A stretch of 64,000 nt of DNA from a virus, in the IMG/VR virus record IMGVR_UViG_3300032046_000014, positions 1 through 64,000 of that record; one strand, given 5' to 3'. Each line of letters opens with the position of its first letter. Within the stretch, counting starts at the first letter, position 1. The position numbers and the translations under genes were made by a program. Shown piece after piece: positions 46,464-54,946 of the stretch. Below the pieces are notes generated by a model that had not been told where the DNA came from, did not search any database, and was given only the letters and a program-made list of their open reading frames with translations.

Positions 46464-48470
46464 TTATGCACTCTCCCGTAAGCGCGCTGCGCGCTGTTGA
46501 TCACTCATGTCATGGACTTTAGTCCATGGCAGCTCATGCAATGTCTGCAAGGTCAATGGTTGGCCGGGTGCAGCTGCACCTGGAGTTCCGGGCGTTTCCG
46601 GTGCGTTGTCGCCTGTGAATGCAGACTTTCTAACTGTTGCGCTTTGGCTCTTCAGAATATCAGCGGTTTTCTTGGCGATGCCATCAACATCGACGGCAGT
46701 GGCGCTCTTCTGTAAGGTTGCTACTGCTTTCGTTAGTTCAGCAACGGCTTTTCCGATGTCTGCGATTCTTTGAGAATCGCTCTTTTTGCGATGTTCCTCA
46801 ATGTATCGTTTCAAGCCTGGAGGCATTTTGCCTTTTGCTTCAAGTCCCTCGAGAGTGGAGATGACTTCTGGGTCGTTGAGCATTTTCTCGTCTTCAGGAG
46901 GATATGGTAATTTGGTTTTGTCCTTGCCAGCAGCATCCTTAGCATCCTCGTCTTCTTCGTCCTCTTCCTCTCCTGGTTTCGCAGCAGCCTTTGCGGCGCC
47001 TTCTTTCTCGCCTGGCGGTGGATATTTGCCTGCCTTACAGCCAGCATCTTTGACTGCACCTTCCTTCGCTGCACCCTCTTTCTCGGGTTTCTCTTCATCC
47101 TCTGGTTTTGCAGCTTCTTTCTCTGGCTTTTCCTCTTCACCTGGCTTTACTTCAGCTTTGACTGCTCCCTCTTTTCCTTCAGAGGGCAGCATTGCTTCGA
47201 GCTCCTTGATTTTGGAGCGCATGGTCGCTATGTTCGGTCCCGTTGCAGAAGTTCCTGTTACTCCGCCTGTGTTTGGTCCTGTTCCAGTTCCTACGATTCC
47301 TGGTGTTCCAATTGTTTTTTCTACTTTGTCGGACATTTTTGAGTCCTCAGTGGTTGATGTTCGACCTTCTATGTTTTTAAGTGTTATGTTTGACTGAGCG
47401 CTAGACGGTTCGCCTGACTGTGACGTTTCTGCCTTTATCATGTCAACCCTACCGAGACTATCGCAAGGCACGAGTGCAAGATCAAATAGGGGCCTATAAG
47501 CATCATGAGGCCCTCCTTCGTCGCCGAAGATGAATTCAAGTTTGTCCCAGAGCTCATTAGGCAATGCTTTGAGGATTCGTGTCTCAATATGTCTCCGCAT
47601 AGGATTGTCAGTATCCATTTTTATGAGCAAGTCAAAGTCGTTGCCTTCTCCTTTCTCCACACTGCTTCCGACTTGGCACACGAATTCTTTGCGGATGATG
47701 AGGCTTTTGCCCATGAGGTTCGGCAGAAAAGACAGCTCCTTCACGAGTTTCTCGCTGTTCTTCAGTTCTGCGCTTTTCTGCAGGAACATTTCTTCCGTGA
47801 TGAGCCCATGGTCCAAGTAACTTTTGAGAACCTGGAACCCGCTCTCCGTGTTCTTGCCACGCTTGCAAACCGTAATCTCGTAAAGTTCAAGATCATCAAT
47901 CTTCCAGAACGCGCCCGAACGTGCCTGCGCTACAAGAGTTTTTCCGCCGAGAGCCCGTCCGCCAATGCTGAAAGCGTTAAGTTCGCCCTTGTTAGCCATT
48001 TCCCAGACTTTGTCAGCGATTTCTATATCATCGCGTAATTCAGCGACCACATAGAGGCCCTTATCGTCGACGTGGCTCCAGTATTTCTTGCCTTCTGAAT
48101 CTTCAACGGTTTCTTTGAGAAGGATTTTGCCGATGGTAATGTTGCTGTGTTCCAGGTTGATGTTAGCGTATTTTTCGCCGGCTGCCTTCATTCTGTCCCA
48201 TGCTTTCTGCAAGGCGGGGATGGTGACAAGTTCGTTTTGTTTGTCGATAACTTCGACACTGGCGTAACCGTGGATGATTCTGCGTTTGCCGTCTTTCAGA
48301 AGTAATCCTGCGGCTGGAATATCGAATCGTATGTAGGCGGGGACGGGGGAGTCAACAAGCTCTTTCAGCAGAAGTTCGGTGATGGGATGTTCAAGGACCT
48401 GGCGTGCCATTGGGTCTCCGGCTAATGCGCTTTTCTCAAGCTCAGCCAAAAGTGTTGCAGCATTTGGCAT
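46464..48470 (-). CDS. HK97-type prohead protease fused to NTase-like domain and scaffold
   Basis: GYASVEVIDKQNE, EHSN, AFSIGG, LYEITVC..GKN; acidic low-complexity C-terminus. Confidence 0.85.
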   Translation of the reverse strand: MPNAATLLAELEKSALAGDPMARQVLEHPITELLLKELVDSPVPAYIRFDIPAAGLLLKDGKRRIIHGYASVEVIDKQNELVTIPALQKAWDRMKAAGEKYANINLEHSNITIGKILLKETVEDSEGKKYWSHVDDKGLYVVAELRDDIEIADKVWEMANKGELNAFSIGGRALGGKTLVAQARSGAFWKIDDLELYEITVCKRGKNTESGFQVLKSYLDHGLITEEMFLQKSAELKNSEKLVKELSFLPNLMGKSLIIRKEFVCQVGSSVEKGEGNDFDLLIKMDTDNPMRRHIETRILKALPNELWDKLEFIFGDEGGPHDAYRPLFDLALVPCDSLGRVDMIKAETSQSGEPSSAQSNITLKNIEGRTSTTEDSKMSDKVEKTIGTPGIVGTGTGPNTGGVTGTSATGPNIATMRSKIKELEAMLPSEGKEGAVKAEVKPGEEEKPEKEAAKPEDEEKPEKEGAAKEGAVKDAGCKAGKYPPPGEKEGAAKAAAKPGEEEDEEDEDAKDAAGKDKTKLPYPPEDEKMLNDPEVISTLEGLEAKGKMPPGLKRYIEEHRKKSDSQRIADIGKAVAELTKAVATLQKSATAVDVDGIAKKTADILKSQSATVRKSAFTGDNAPETPGTPGAAAPGQPLTLQTLHELPWTKVHDMSDQQRAARLRESA

Positions 48471-48499
48471 AATACATACCTGTTCTAGCGTGCAGTTGA

Positions 48500-48527
48500 C
48501 TATATTTTTAACTGTTCTGTTGTAACG
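48500..48527 (-). promoter_or_regulatory. late promoter (shared motif)
   Basis: CGTTACAACAGAACAGTTAAAAATATAG, 30 nt before protease ATG. Confidence 0.65.
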
Positions 48528-48570
48528 GCAACACTTTTTAGTCTCGCATTACCACTACAACAAGATAATC

Positions 48571-48981
48571 ATGAAAGATGTTATCGGCATATTAGTTTGC
48601 AACAGCCAGAAAGTGCTTGACCATAAATTGAAGGATGGTAAAAAGAGCGAACATTGCTATTGTTTTTGGAACATGACTCGTTTTCCTCGACGAATTCTCC
48701 AGCGCGTATTTCCTGAATCTATAGGTGCAGTTTCTGAAGCAGCAAAAGCGCCTGGCTTCGGATGGTATGCTGAAGATGATATAGGGGTTCCAGAGGATTT
48801 TGAGGTTCACCTTTACTTCGCAGTGAAGGGGCAAGTGCTGGGCTATTTTGTTTGTAAGGCAATGGGAGAACGGCATAGAACGCAGGAATTAAGATTTCAC
48901 AGTGAATCATGGACTCCGATAAAACCAGTAACTATCAAGCCGAGCCAGGGATTCCGATACTTCAAGCATGACTTAGACTAG
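48571..48981 (+). CDS. hypothetical (PUA/ASCH-like) protein
   Basis: LYFAVKGQVLGYF...QGFRYF. Confidence 0.55.
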   Translation: MKDVIGILVCNSQKVLDHKLKDGKKSEHCYCFWNMTRFPRRILQRVFPESIGAVSEAAKAPGFGWYAEDDIGVPEDFEVHLYFAVKGQVLGYFVCKAMGERHRTQELRFHSESWTPIKPVTIKPSQGFRYFKHDLD

Positions 48982-49010
48982 CGCGCATTTAATGGTTATA
49001 ACAGCAAAGG

Positions 49011-49541
49011 GTGAAAAATACGGAACGTAAACTGAAATATCACTTGTTCCCTGAGCAAATCGTAAACTATGTTTGGCAAGGAAAGCAGTGTTCAGTACAA
49101 GGTATTCATAAAGCCCTAGATATGGAATATGATAAAGAACACAAAACTTGGCTCAGATTTGAACAAAAACCTGACGACAGAGGATACTTCTGGTGGGAGG
49201 AAGCTGATCTTATTGCGATAGTTAAAGGGCAGAGATCATTCTCATGTGACATTTGCCGAAAAACATTTTCGCCAAAGAGAGTAGGCTTTCTTTCTTCCCA
49301 AAGGATAGTCGAACCTGCTTACTATGTTGGGTTACTCGATATGGAGGGTTGTACTCCTCCACCTTGGGGATACACTACTAAAATCTGCTTAGACTGCGCT
49401 TCGGAAATCTTCAAGGATGCCATAGTTTACAAGTGTGATCCAGATTCGGACTGGTGGTGCGGATGGCATTCAGAAGCACCGAAAATAGATAGACCAAAAA
49501 TCAAGCTGATAGACGAATTATTCCCTTTTCTTTGCGGTTAA
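49011..49541 (+). CDS. hypothetical Zn-finger protein
   Basis: CDIC...ICLDC. Confidence 0.55.
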   Translation: MKNTERKLKYHLFPEQIVNYVWQGKQCSVQGIHKALDMEYDKEHKTWLRFEQKPDDRGYFWWEEADLIAIVKGQRSFSCDICRKTFSPKRVGFLSSQRIVEPAYYVGLLDMEGCTPPPWGYTTKICLDCASEIFKDAIVYKCDPDSDWWCGWHSEAPKIDRPKIKLIDELFPFLCG

Positions 49542-49592
49542 CTTAGTTTGTGCGAAAAGGATGAAAAGAATAGCGCGCGTATGAGGTATATT

Positions 49593-49880
49593 TCAATTCC
49601 GCAGAGATAGGAGCTGCTGGCGCACCGCCTTATTCCATCTGAGCTGCATAACGGCTCTGATGCTGATTTTCTGCATCTTAGAATTGCCACAGATAGGACA
49701 TTTGTTTCCCCGACCAGTTTTATGGAAAAGAAATGGTATGGCATGACCCTTTTTTGAACTGTCCTCACAAGTACAGCATTTATAGACTGACAGTTTGTCT
49801 TGCATTCGCCGACCTAGAAACTCCGTGGTTTTCGGCGTTTCCCTCTCCATTCCTAAAAACTTCTTCAAACTCATCTTCAT
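49593..49880 (-). CDS. Zn-ribbon protein
   Basis: YKCCTC...KCPICG; ATGA overlap. Confidence 0.55.
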   Translation of the reverse strand: MKMSLKKFLGMERETPKTTEFLGRRMQDKLSVYKCCTCEDSSKKGHAIPFLFHKTGRGNKCPICGNSKMQKISIRAVMQLRWNKAVRQQLLSLRN

Positions 49881-52800
49881 CCCTCTATCGGCTTCTTTTC
49901 TTCTCCTGGGCTTTGGACCGGGGCTTCAGTCTCTCCCGCAAGTCTATAGTGGCCATCATCTTCATGTTTAATTGGGTCCATGGGTTGCTGATCGGATGGT
50001 CGAAAGGCAAGCCATCTAGGGCTGCCAGACGCAAGCTTAAGGAGCCGGAAGATCCATCTGCCCCGGAGGAGTTTTCCATAGAAGAAGTATTCGTGGAGAT
50101 TGTTTCTTTGGACCCCGTACTTGAACGTGCCTTCTTCCAAAATCTCATAGAAACCACACCTGTTTGTTTCAGCTGCAGATCCTTCTCCGCCGAGAAGCAC
50201 TGGTTTACGTAGGCCCTGGACGTCTAGCCAGCCTCTAGGAAACTTTTTGCTGCTCTGTTTAGGAATGGCCGGTTTGGCCGTGGTCATGCCCTTAATGCTG
50301 CCGCTGAAGAATCTCTGAGTTTTCTCCCAAGGATATGTGAGGAAAGTCCAGCCGATCATGCTTTTCGCGTCGCCTGTGTCCTGGCGAGTTTCCCAATGTT
50401 CACGAAAACCGCCCACGCCCTTCCTTATTTCTTCAGGTTCAGAGTCTCCGAATTCGATGTCTGGCTCTTCAGACTTTGCTAAGTCAGGTTTCAATTGTTC
50501 CCAGACGTAACGTTCAGCCGAGCTTGGGTCTCTTGGTGCAGAAATGGCGTCTCCGGGCGGATTGCCGCCTGCGCTGCTAGGCGGAGAACCTGTGATCTTG
50601 ATATCGCCGGCAGTGTCTGGTTCTATTCTTTTCTCCTTGTTGATCTTGGGTCCATATGGAAAATGATGATGGACGATGAATGTGAAAGCTTTTCCATGCA
50701 GCCATTCGGCCCCCTTGTAAAACTGGGCGGGATATGGATTGCCTTCCTTGGTCTCGGGCAGCTGAGGTTCAGCAGCTTTTTTCAGTCCTCCAGGCAATAC
50801 GAAACCATCATGTGCAGCGAGCACTGGCTTGTCATATTCTGCTTCCAACGCAATCTTTGACAAAGCTTCCGGCATATCCTCTTGCTTCACGCCCAAGTGT
50901 CCAACATGGGTAATTATCACTTGGGGCACACCGTTTTTCTTCGCCTGTTTCAGACTATTCAAGATGCTTTGATGCCCATAATCTTCACCATCTTGCTCTC
51001 GAACGATGTCTCGAGTGAGGCTTGCGCCGTCTATGATCCAGGTTTCCACACCGCCAAGCCACTTGTCACTTATTTCTAGGCAGTCGGGACTATAGAGTAC
51101 GATGCCGTTGATGCGGATGGCGAACGTTTGAACCTTCAAGCTGTGTTTAACTGGGAGCCAGCGGACCTTCACGTTTCCGATTCTGATGGCGTTATAGCTG
51201 CTGTAGAAGTGAAGTTCTCGATGACTCAGTTTCTCAGCGTATTCAGGACGCTGCTCACGTATGTCACGCCATATAGAACGGTGCATGTATATGGGCACGT
51301 CTTCAGACAGAAATTCCAGGCCGTCTATATGGTCCGGATGTGCATGAGTGACGCAGACTGCATCAAGGCGTGTTTGAACCTTCTCCGCGAGCTCCTTGCT
51401 TCCGCAGTCAAGCAGAACGTTCGTACCGCTGTTTTCGAATATGGCGCTTGCATTCAACCTTTTATCGGTGCGACACTGCTCATCATCGCAGTCTTTGCGC
51501 GGAAAAGTTTTCTCTCCGCTTGTACCGAGGAACCGGAGATTCCAGGTTGCAAGCTCAACCGCGTCGGCTGCTGCTCCCCGGCTCGGAGTCCATGTTACAG
51601 GACCTTGCCGAGTTGATTCTTCGGGCGGCATCTGTTTTTCCGTCGGGTTAACGGGCGGCTTTTCAGACGAAAGAGGCTTTCCCGTTTTCGGGTCTGCTCT
51701 ATGGCCAGTCCACGGCGGCCATAACTGTTTCTGCAGAGTGTCTATGCGTTCTTTCAGTTTTTCAGGGTCAGTTGCTGAGGCTCTCACGGTGGCGACCCAA
51801 CCGTCTGCTTCTTCATCGACAGAGATTTTGTAGTTGCTGATGCCGATGCTTTCAAACAGGTTTTCTACTTGAGCTTTCCATTGTTGGGCTTTCGCGTATC
51901 CTTCGGGCCCTTTGAAGAAAACATGAGATGTCAATGATGTCTCGTCAGCGCGCATATACTGTAACGGTGTGATTTCATGGAAAGTATTGTCTGCAGGGTC
52001 GGGAACTCTTTCGCCGCCGCCCATTCCAGGAACGCCTATGACCCCACCGGGAGCATAAGTAAATCCGCCATTTGCTTTCGTCAGCTCTTCCTTTTCTAAT
52101 GGTGTGTTATGGTTCATTCCGCGTTTTTCAATTTCTCTGGCGATGGCATCGTGAAGAGCTTTGACCGTTGGCTTATCATGCACTAGAGGTTTGCCGCTTT
52201 GCAGTGTGCTCCACCAAGCATGTGTGATTCTGTGATCATCGAGAAGGACGCGGTCATCAATCTTGGCCGGATCATACGTGTCTACGTCCTTGATTTTTGT
52301 TATGCCAGCTGAACCTTCTGGACCCGTAGAATCTGCGCTGGGCTCGGGCTTCGTTGTCGTAGTCATGATGCCCTGGTCAAGTCTGCCCGGTTCAAACTGC
52401 TGTGAACCGCTGTCAGGATCAGATGCAAACTGTTTCTGAACTTTCTCATCATGCTGTTGAGAATGTTCTTTCCAGTGGACAGGAACTTCACCATCTGTGA
52501 CTTTGTAGACTTTGCAAATGTCCTTCTCATGCGTGTAAGCAGCATCGTATTCGGGATCTTCTTTTTCCCAGGGACCGCCGGGCTCTTGTTTCCATTCTTC
52601 GAAGTCTTTGTCGCAGAACCAAGCGCGGCCCATTCCTTCAGCATAGAGTACGTCGACTGTCGGAGGGTCTTCGCAGCGCATGCATTTTTGGCGATTAGCC
52701 CTTTTTTCTATGTAGTCAGAGGCTTTCTTGAACTGGGTGATTTCTTCAGGTGTAGGAAGCGATCGTCCTGGACTAATCGGCGCCAGCATATGCAGATATC

Positions 52801-54946
52801 CTGCTACGTCATCGGCTTTCTGAAGGGTTTGACTGGCCAATTCTTCAGCTGTATCCAAACCGTCTGGCACATTCTTTTCAGGCTGGTACATGGGAACAGC
52901 ATTCTGGTATGTGTAGTCGTAACTGTTGTTTTTGACGATTTCCAAGCAGCGAACTCGGAGGATATCCCCCTCAGCTGCTTCTACGCCTGAGACGTGCGTG
53001 TGGCCCATGATAAGCCATTTCTTGCCTTTCATTTCTGCAATACGGTTTGCCGGCAGAGTCTTCGCCTGCGCGTCATTGATGGGGCCTATTGCGCCGAGAT
53101 AGCGCCAGCCTTCCTGTTTGCGTTCTTTCTTGACGACGAGGACGTCGATTTCTTTCTGCTTCTTCCATTTTGCCCATCCGAAATTGATGATTCGCTTAGT
53201 ATTCCATTGGCTTTGTGCGTCGAAGAGCATGGCGCCTTCGCTGCCCTTCAGGTTGCCCATGCGTTCAGCTGCTTCTGCGGTTTTACTTGGCGGTACAACG
53301 GTAAACTGTTCAGGTTTTATGATGGGCAGATGCACGGTTCCTTTGAATTCTTTTCTGAGCAGTTTCAGTCTGTCTATCATGGGCATGTCCGCGAGGCTTT
53401 TTCCGTCTAACTCGATGATGTCGAAGATCCATATTCGGAGGTTGCGGCCTTCCTCTACCGGGGCCTCCCCATTCAAGTATCCGATTGCTAATGTCCGGTG
53501 CATCGGCTGACTGTCCGAATACATCATCGCTTGTCCATGGAGGATGAATGATTCGTGGGGCCAATTTTTCAACTCCTCAATAATATGGGGAACACGACTT
53601 GTCTTGTCAAGTCCCCTGCCACTCCAAACTTTTTCTTTGCTCAGCATCATGTCCATGCCGTCAAACTTCTGCTGAACAAGAACATTGGCAAACCTTCTGA
53701 GAAGGGATGGAAGCTTCTTGACGTCATAGTACCGGGTGGCAGGCTTGTTTGCTTTCGGCAATGATGCCTTCGCTATAAGCTGGCCGTCCTCGACAATGAG
53801 GTCGCTTTTGCCGATTTGCTCTGGAGAATGAACGGTTCTGACGGCTTCCTGGTAAGTGGTGGGGTGCATTTCGACTGCTGTTTCTCCGCCGGGCCCTGCA
53901 GATTCGGGAGTTTGTTTTTCTTCGCTGAACATTTCAGCAGCAGCATGGGCTACTCCGACAACATCTCTCCAGTTGTCGCAGAAGTTCACTCCTAAATCGT
54001 CAATGTACATGTCGGCAACGGGCTTGCCTAGTATGAGCTCATCATAAGAAATTCCGTTCTTGTCGAGCCATCCTGCAGTGAGCTCATAGTACCGGGGATC
54101 TCGAGCGGTGTAAATGACGATGTTTGCCAGGTCATTAAGGTCTTTCATGCTTTCCTGCGCGAGAGTTTTCGGTTTTGCTTGTGTATAGCATTCTGGAATC
54201 GGCAGGTTAGTGTCGGTGTCGGCTATTGTGCCATCCAGGTCGACGGCGATTGTGAGGTCTTGAGTGTCGCTTTTCCATTCAGGCGTCGGGAAAAAGACTT
54301 GTACTCCTCGCTGGTACTTGTAGGATTGTGGAGTTTTGAAGCGGTTGAGAATCTTGAGAGTGTAGGCGTAGAGCATGTTGGCGTCGGGCCACCATCGGGT
54401 TCGCTCTTTGTCGCTGATCTTGTGCTGGGGCTGGAGCTTCTTGAACTGCTCGAGCGTAATGGGCTCGATGTCCGTGAATTTGAGAACTCCATAGACATAT
54501 TCATCGTCGGCCCAGTAGAGCGGTTTGTTGAGCATGCCGCTGTAATTGCGGCATTTTACAGTGAGACTTTTTTCGCCGTTCCAGATCATACGTGCATGGG
54601 GCGGGGCAAGATAAACGCTTTTGGCGTTTATTTGTGAAACTGTGCTCTTGAGACTTTGAACAGTGCTTTTGCCCACGGTCACGCCGTCTAGGTCATCGTA
54701 AGTTTTATGGATGAAACCGCGTCTGTCCATTTCTGCTTGGAGCAACCAGTGATAATCAACCAGATCCTCTATCGACCAGCCTGGCACCGCGTCTGGCACA
54801 TCTTTTTTTCTGCACCAGAGCGCGTGACATAAGGCATGGTCAAACAGCAACTGTTGATCAACAAGTTCTCCAGGAACCGACATGGCAGTTAGGCTCTCCG
54901 GCTTAAATCCTCCTTGTTTACCCGCTGTTTCGTAGGGTCTACCCAT
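49877..54946 (-). CDS. 1689-aa polyvalent protein: ASCH, HAD phosphatase, ATP-dependent ligase + OB, Zn finger, metallo-beta-lactamase (RNase Z/PhnP-like), LigD phosphoesterase-like
   Basis: YLAPPHARMIWNGEK; AVDLDGT/YTAR/GKP..DMYIDD; QKFDG/FDIIELDG/SEGAM/WAKWK; FLGTSG/LLDCG/THAHPDH/ITHVGH/AHDG; HHH...HWETR...GRWIF. Confidence 0.8.
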   Translation of the reverse strand: MGRPYETAGKQGGFKPESLTAMSVPGELVDQQLLFDHALCHALWCRKKDVPDAVPGWSIEDLVDYHWLLQAEMDRRGFIHKTYDDLDGVTVGKSTVQSLKSTVSQINAKSVYLAPPHARMIWNGEKSLTVKCRNYSGMLNKPLYWADDEYVYGVLKFTDIEPITLEQFKKLQPQHKISDKERTRWWPDANMLYAYTLKILNRFKTPQSYKYQRGVQVFFPTPEWKSDTQDLTIAVDLDGTIADTDTNLPIPECYTQAKPKTLAQESMKDLNDLANIVIYTARDPRYYELTAGWLDKNGISYDELILGKPVADMYIDDLGVNFCDNWRDVVGVAHAAAEMFSEEKQTPESAGPGGETAVEMHPTTYQEAVRTVHSPEQIGKSDLIVEDGQLIAKASLPKANKPATRYYDVKKLPSLLRRFANVLVQQKFDGMDMMLSKEKVWSGRGLDKTSRVPHIIEELKNWPHESFILHGQAMMYSDSQPMHRTLAIGYLNGEAPVEEGRNLRIWIFDIIELDGKSLADMPMIDRLKLLRKEFKGTVHLPIIKPEQFTVVPPSKTAEAAERMGNLKGSEGAMLFDAQSQWNTKRIINFGWAKWKKQKEIDVLVVKKERKQEGWRYLGAIGPINDAQAKTLPANRIAEMKGKKWLIMGHTHVSGVEAAEGDILRVRCLEIVKNNSYDYTYQNAVPMYQPEKNVPDGLDTAEELASQTLQKADDVAGYLHMLAPISPGRSLPTPEEITQFKKASDYIEKRANRQKCMRCEDPPTVDVLYAEGMGRAWFCDKDFEEWKQEPGGPWEKEDPEYDAAYTHEKDICKVYKVTDGEVPVHWKEHSQQHDEKVQKQFASDPDSGSQQFEPGRLDQGIMTTTTKPEPSADSTGPEGSAGITKIKDVDTYDPAKIDDRVLLDDHRITHAWWSTLQSGKPLVHDKPTVKALHDAIAREIEKRGMNHNTPLEKEELTKANGGFTYAPGGVIGVPGMGGGERVPDPADNTFHEITPLQYMRADETSLTSHVFFKGPEGYAKAQQWKAQVENLFESIGISNYKISVDEEADGWVATVRASATDPEKLKERIDTLQKQLWPPWTGHRADPKTGKPLSSEKPPVNPTEKQMPPEESTRQGPVTWTPSRGAAADAVELATWNLRFLGTSGEKTFPRKDCDDEQCRTDKRLNASAIFENSGTNVLLDCGSKELAEKVQTRLDAVCVTHAHPDHIDGLEFLSEDVPIYMHRSIWRDIREQRPEYAEKLSHRELHFYSSYNAIRIGNVKVRWLPVKHSLKVQTFAIRINGIVLYSPDCLEISDKWLGGVETWIIDGASLTRDIVREQDGEDYGHQSILNSLKQAKKNGVPQVIITHVGHLGVKQEDMPEALSKIALEAEYDKPVLAAHDGFVLPGGLKKAAEPQLPETKEGNPYPAQFYKGAEWLHGKAFTFIVHHHFPYGPKINKEKRIEPDTAGDIKITGSPPSSAGGNPPGDAISAPRDPSSAERYVWEQLKPDLAKSEEPDIEFGDSEPEEIRKGVGGFREHWETRQDTGDAKSMIGWTFLTYPWEKTQRFFSGSIKGMTTAKPAIPKQSSKKFPRGWLDVQGLRKPVLLGGEGSAAETNRCGFYEILEEGTFKYGVQRNNLHEYFFYGKLLRGRWIFRLLKLASGSPRWLAFRPSDQQPMDPIKHEDDGHYRLAGETEAPVQSPGEEKKPIEG

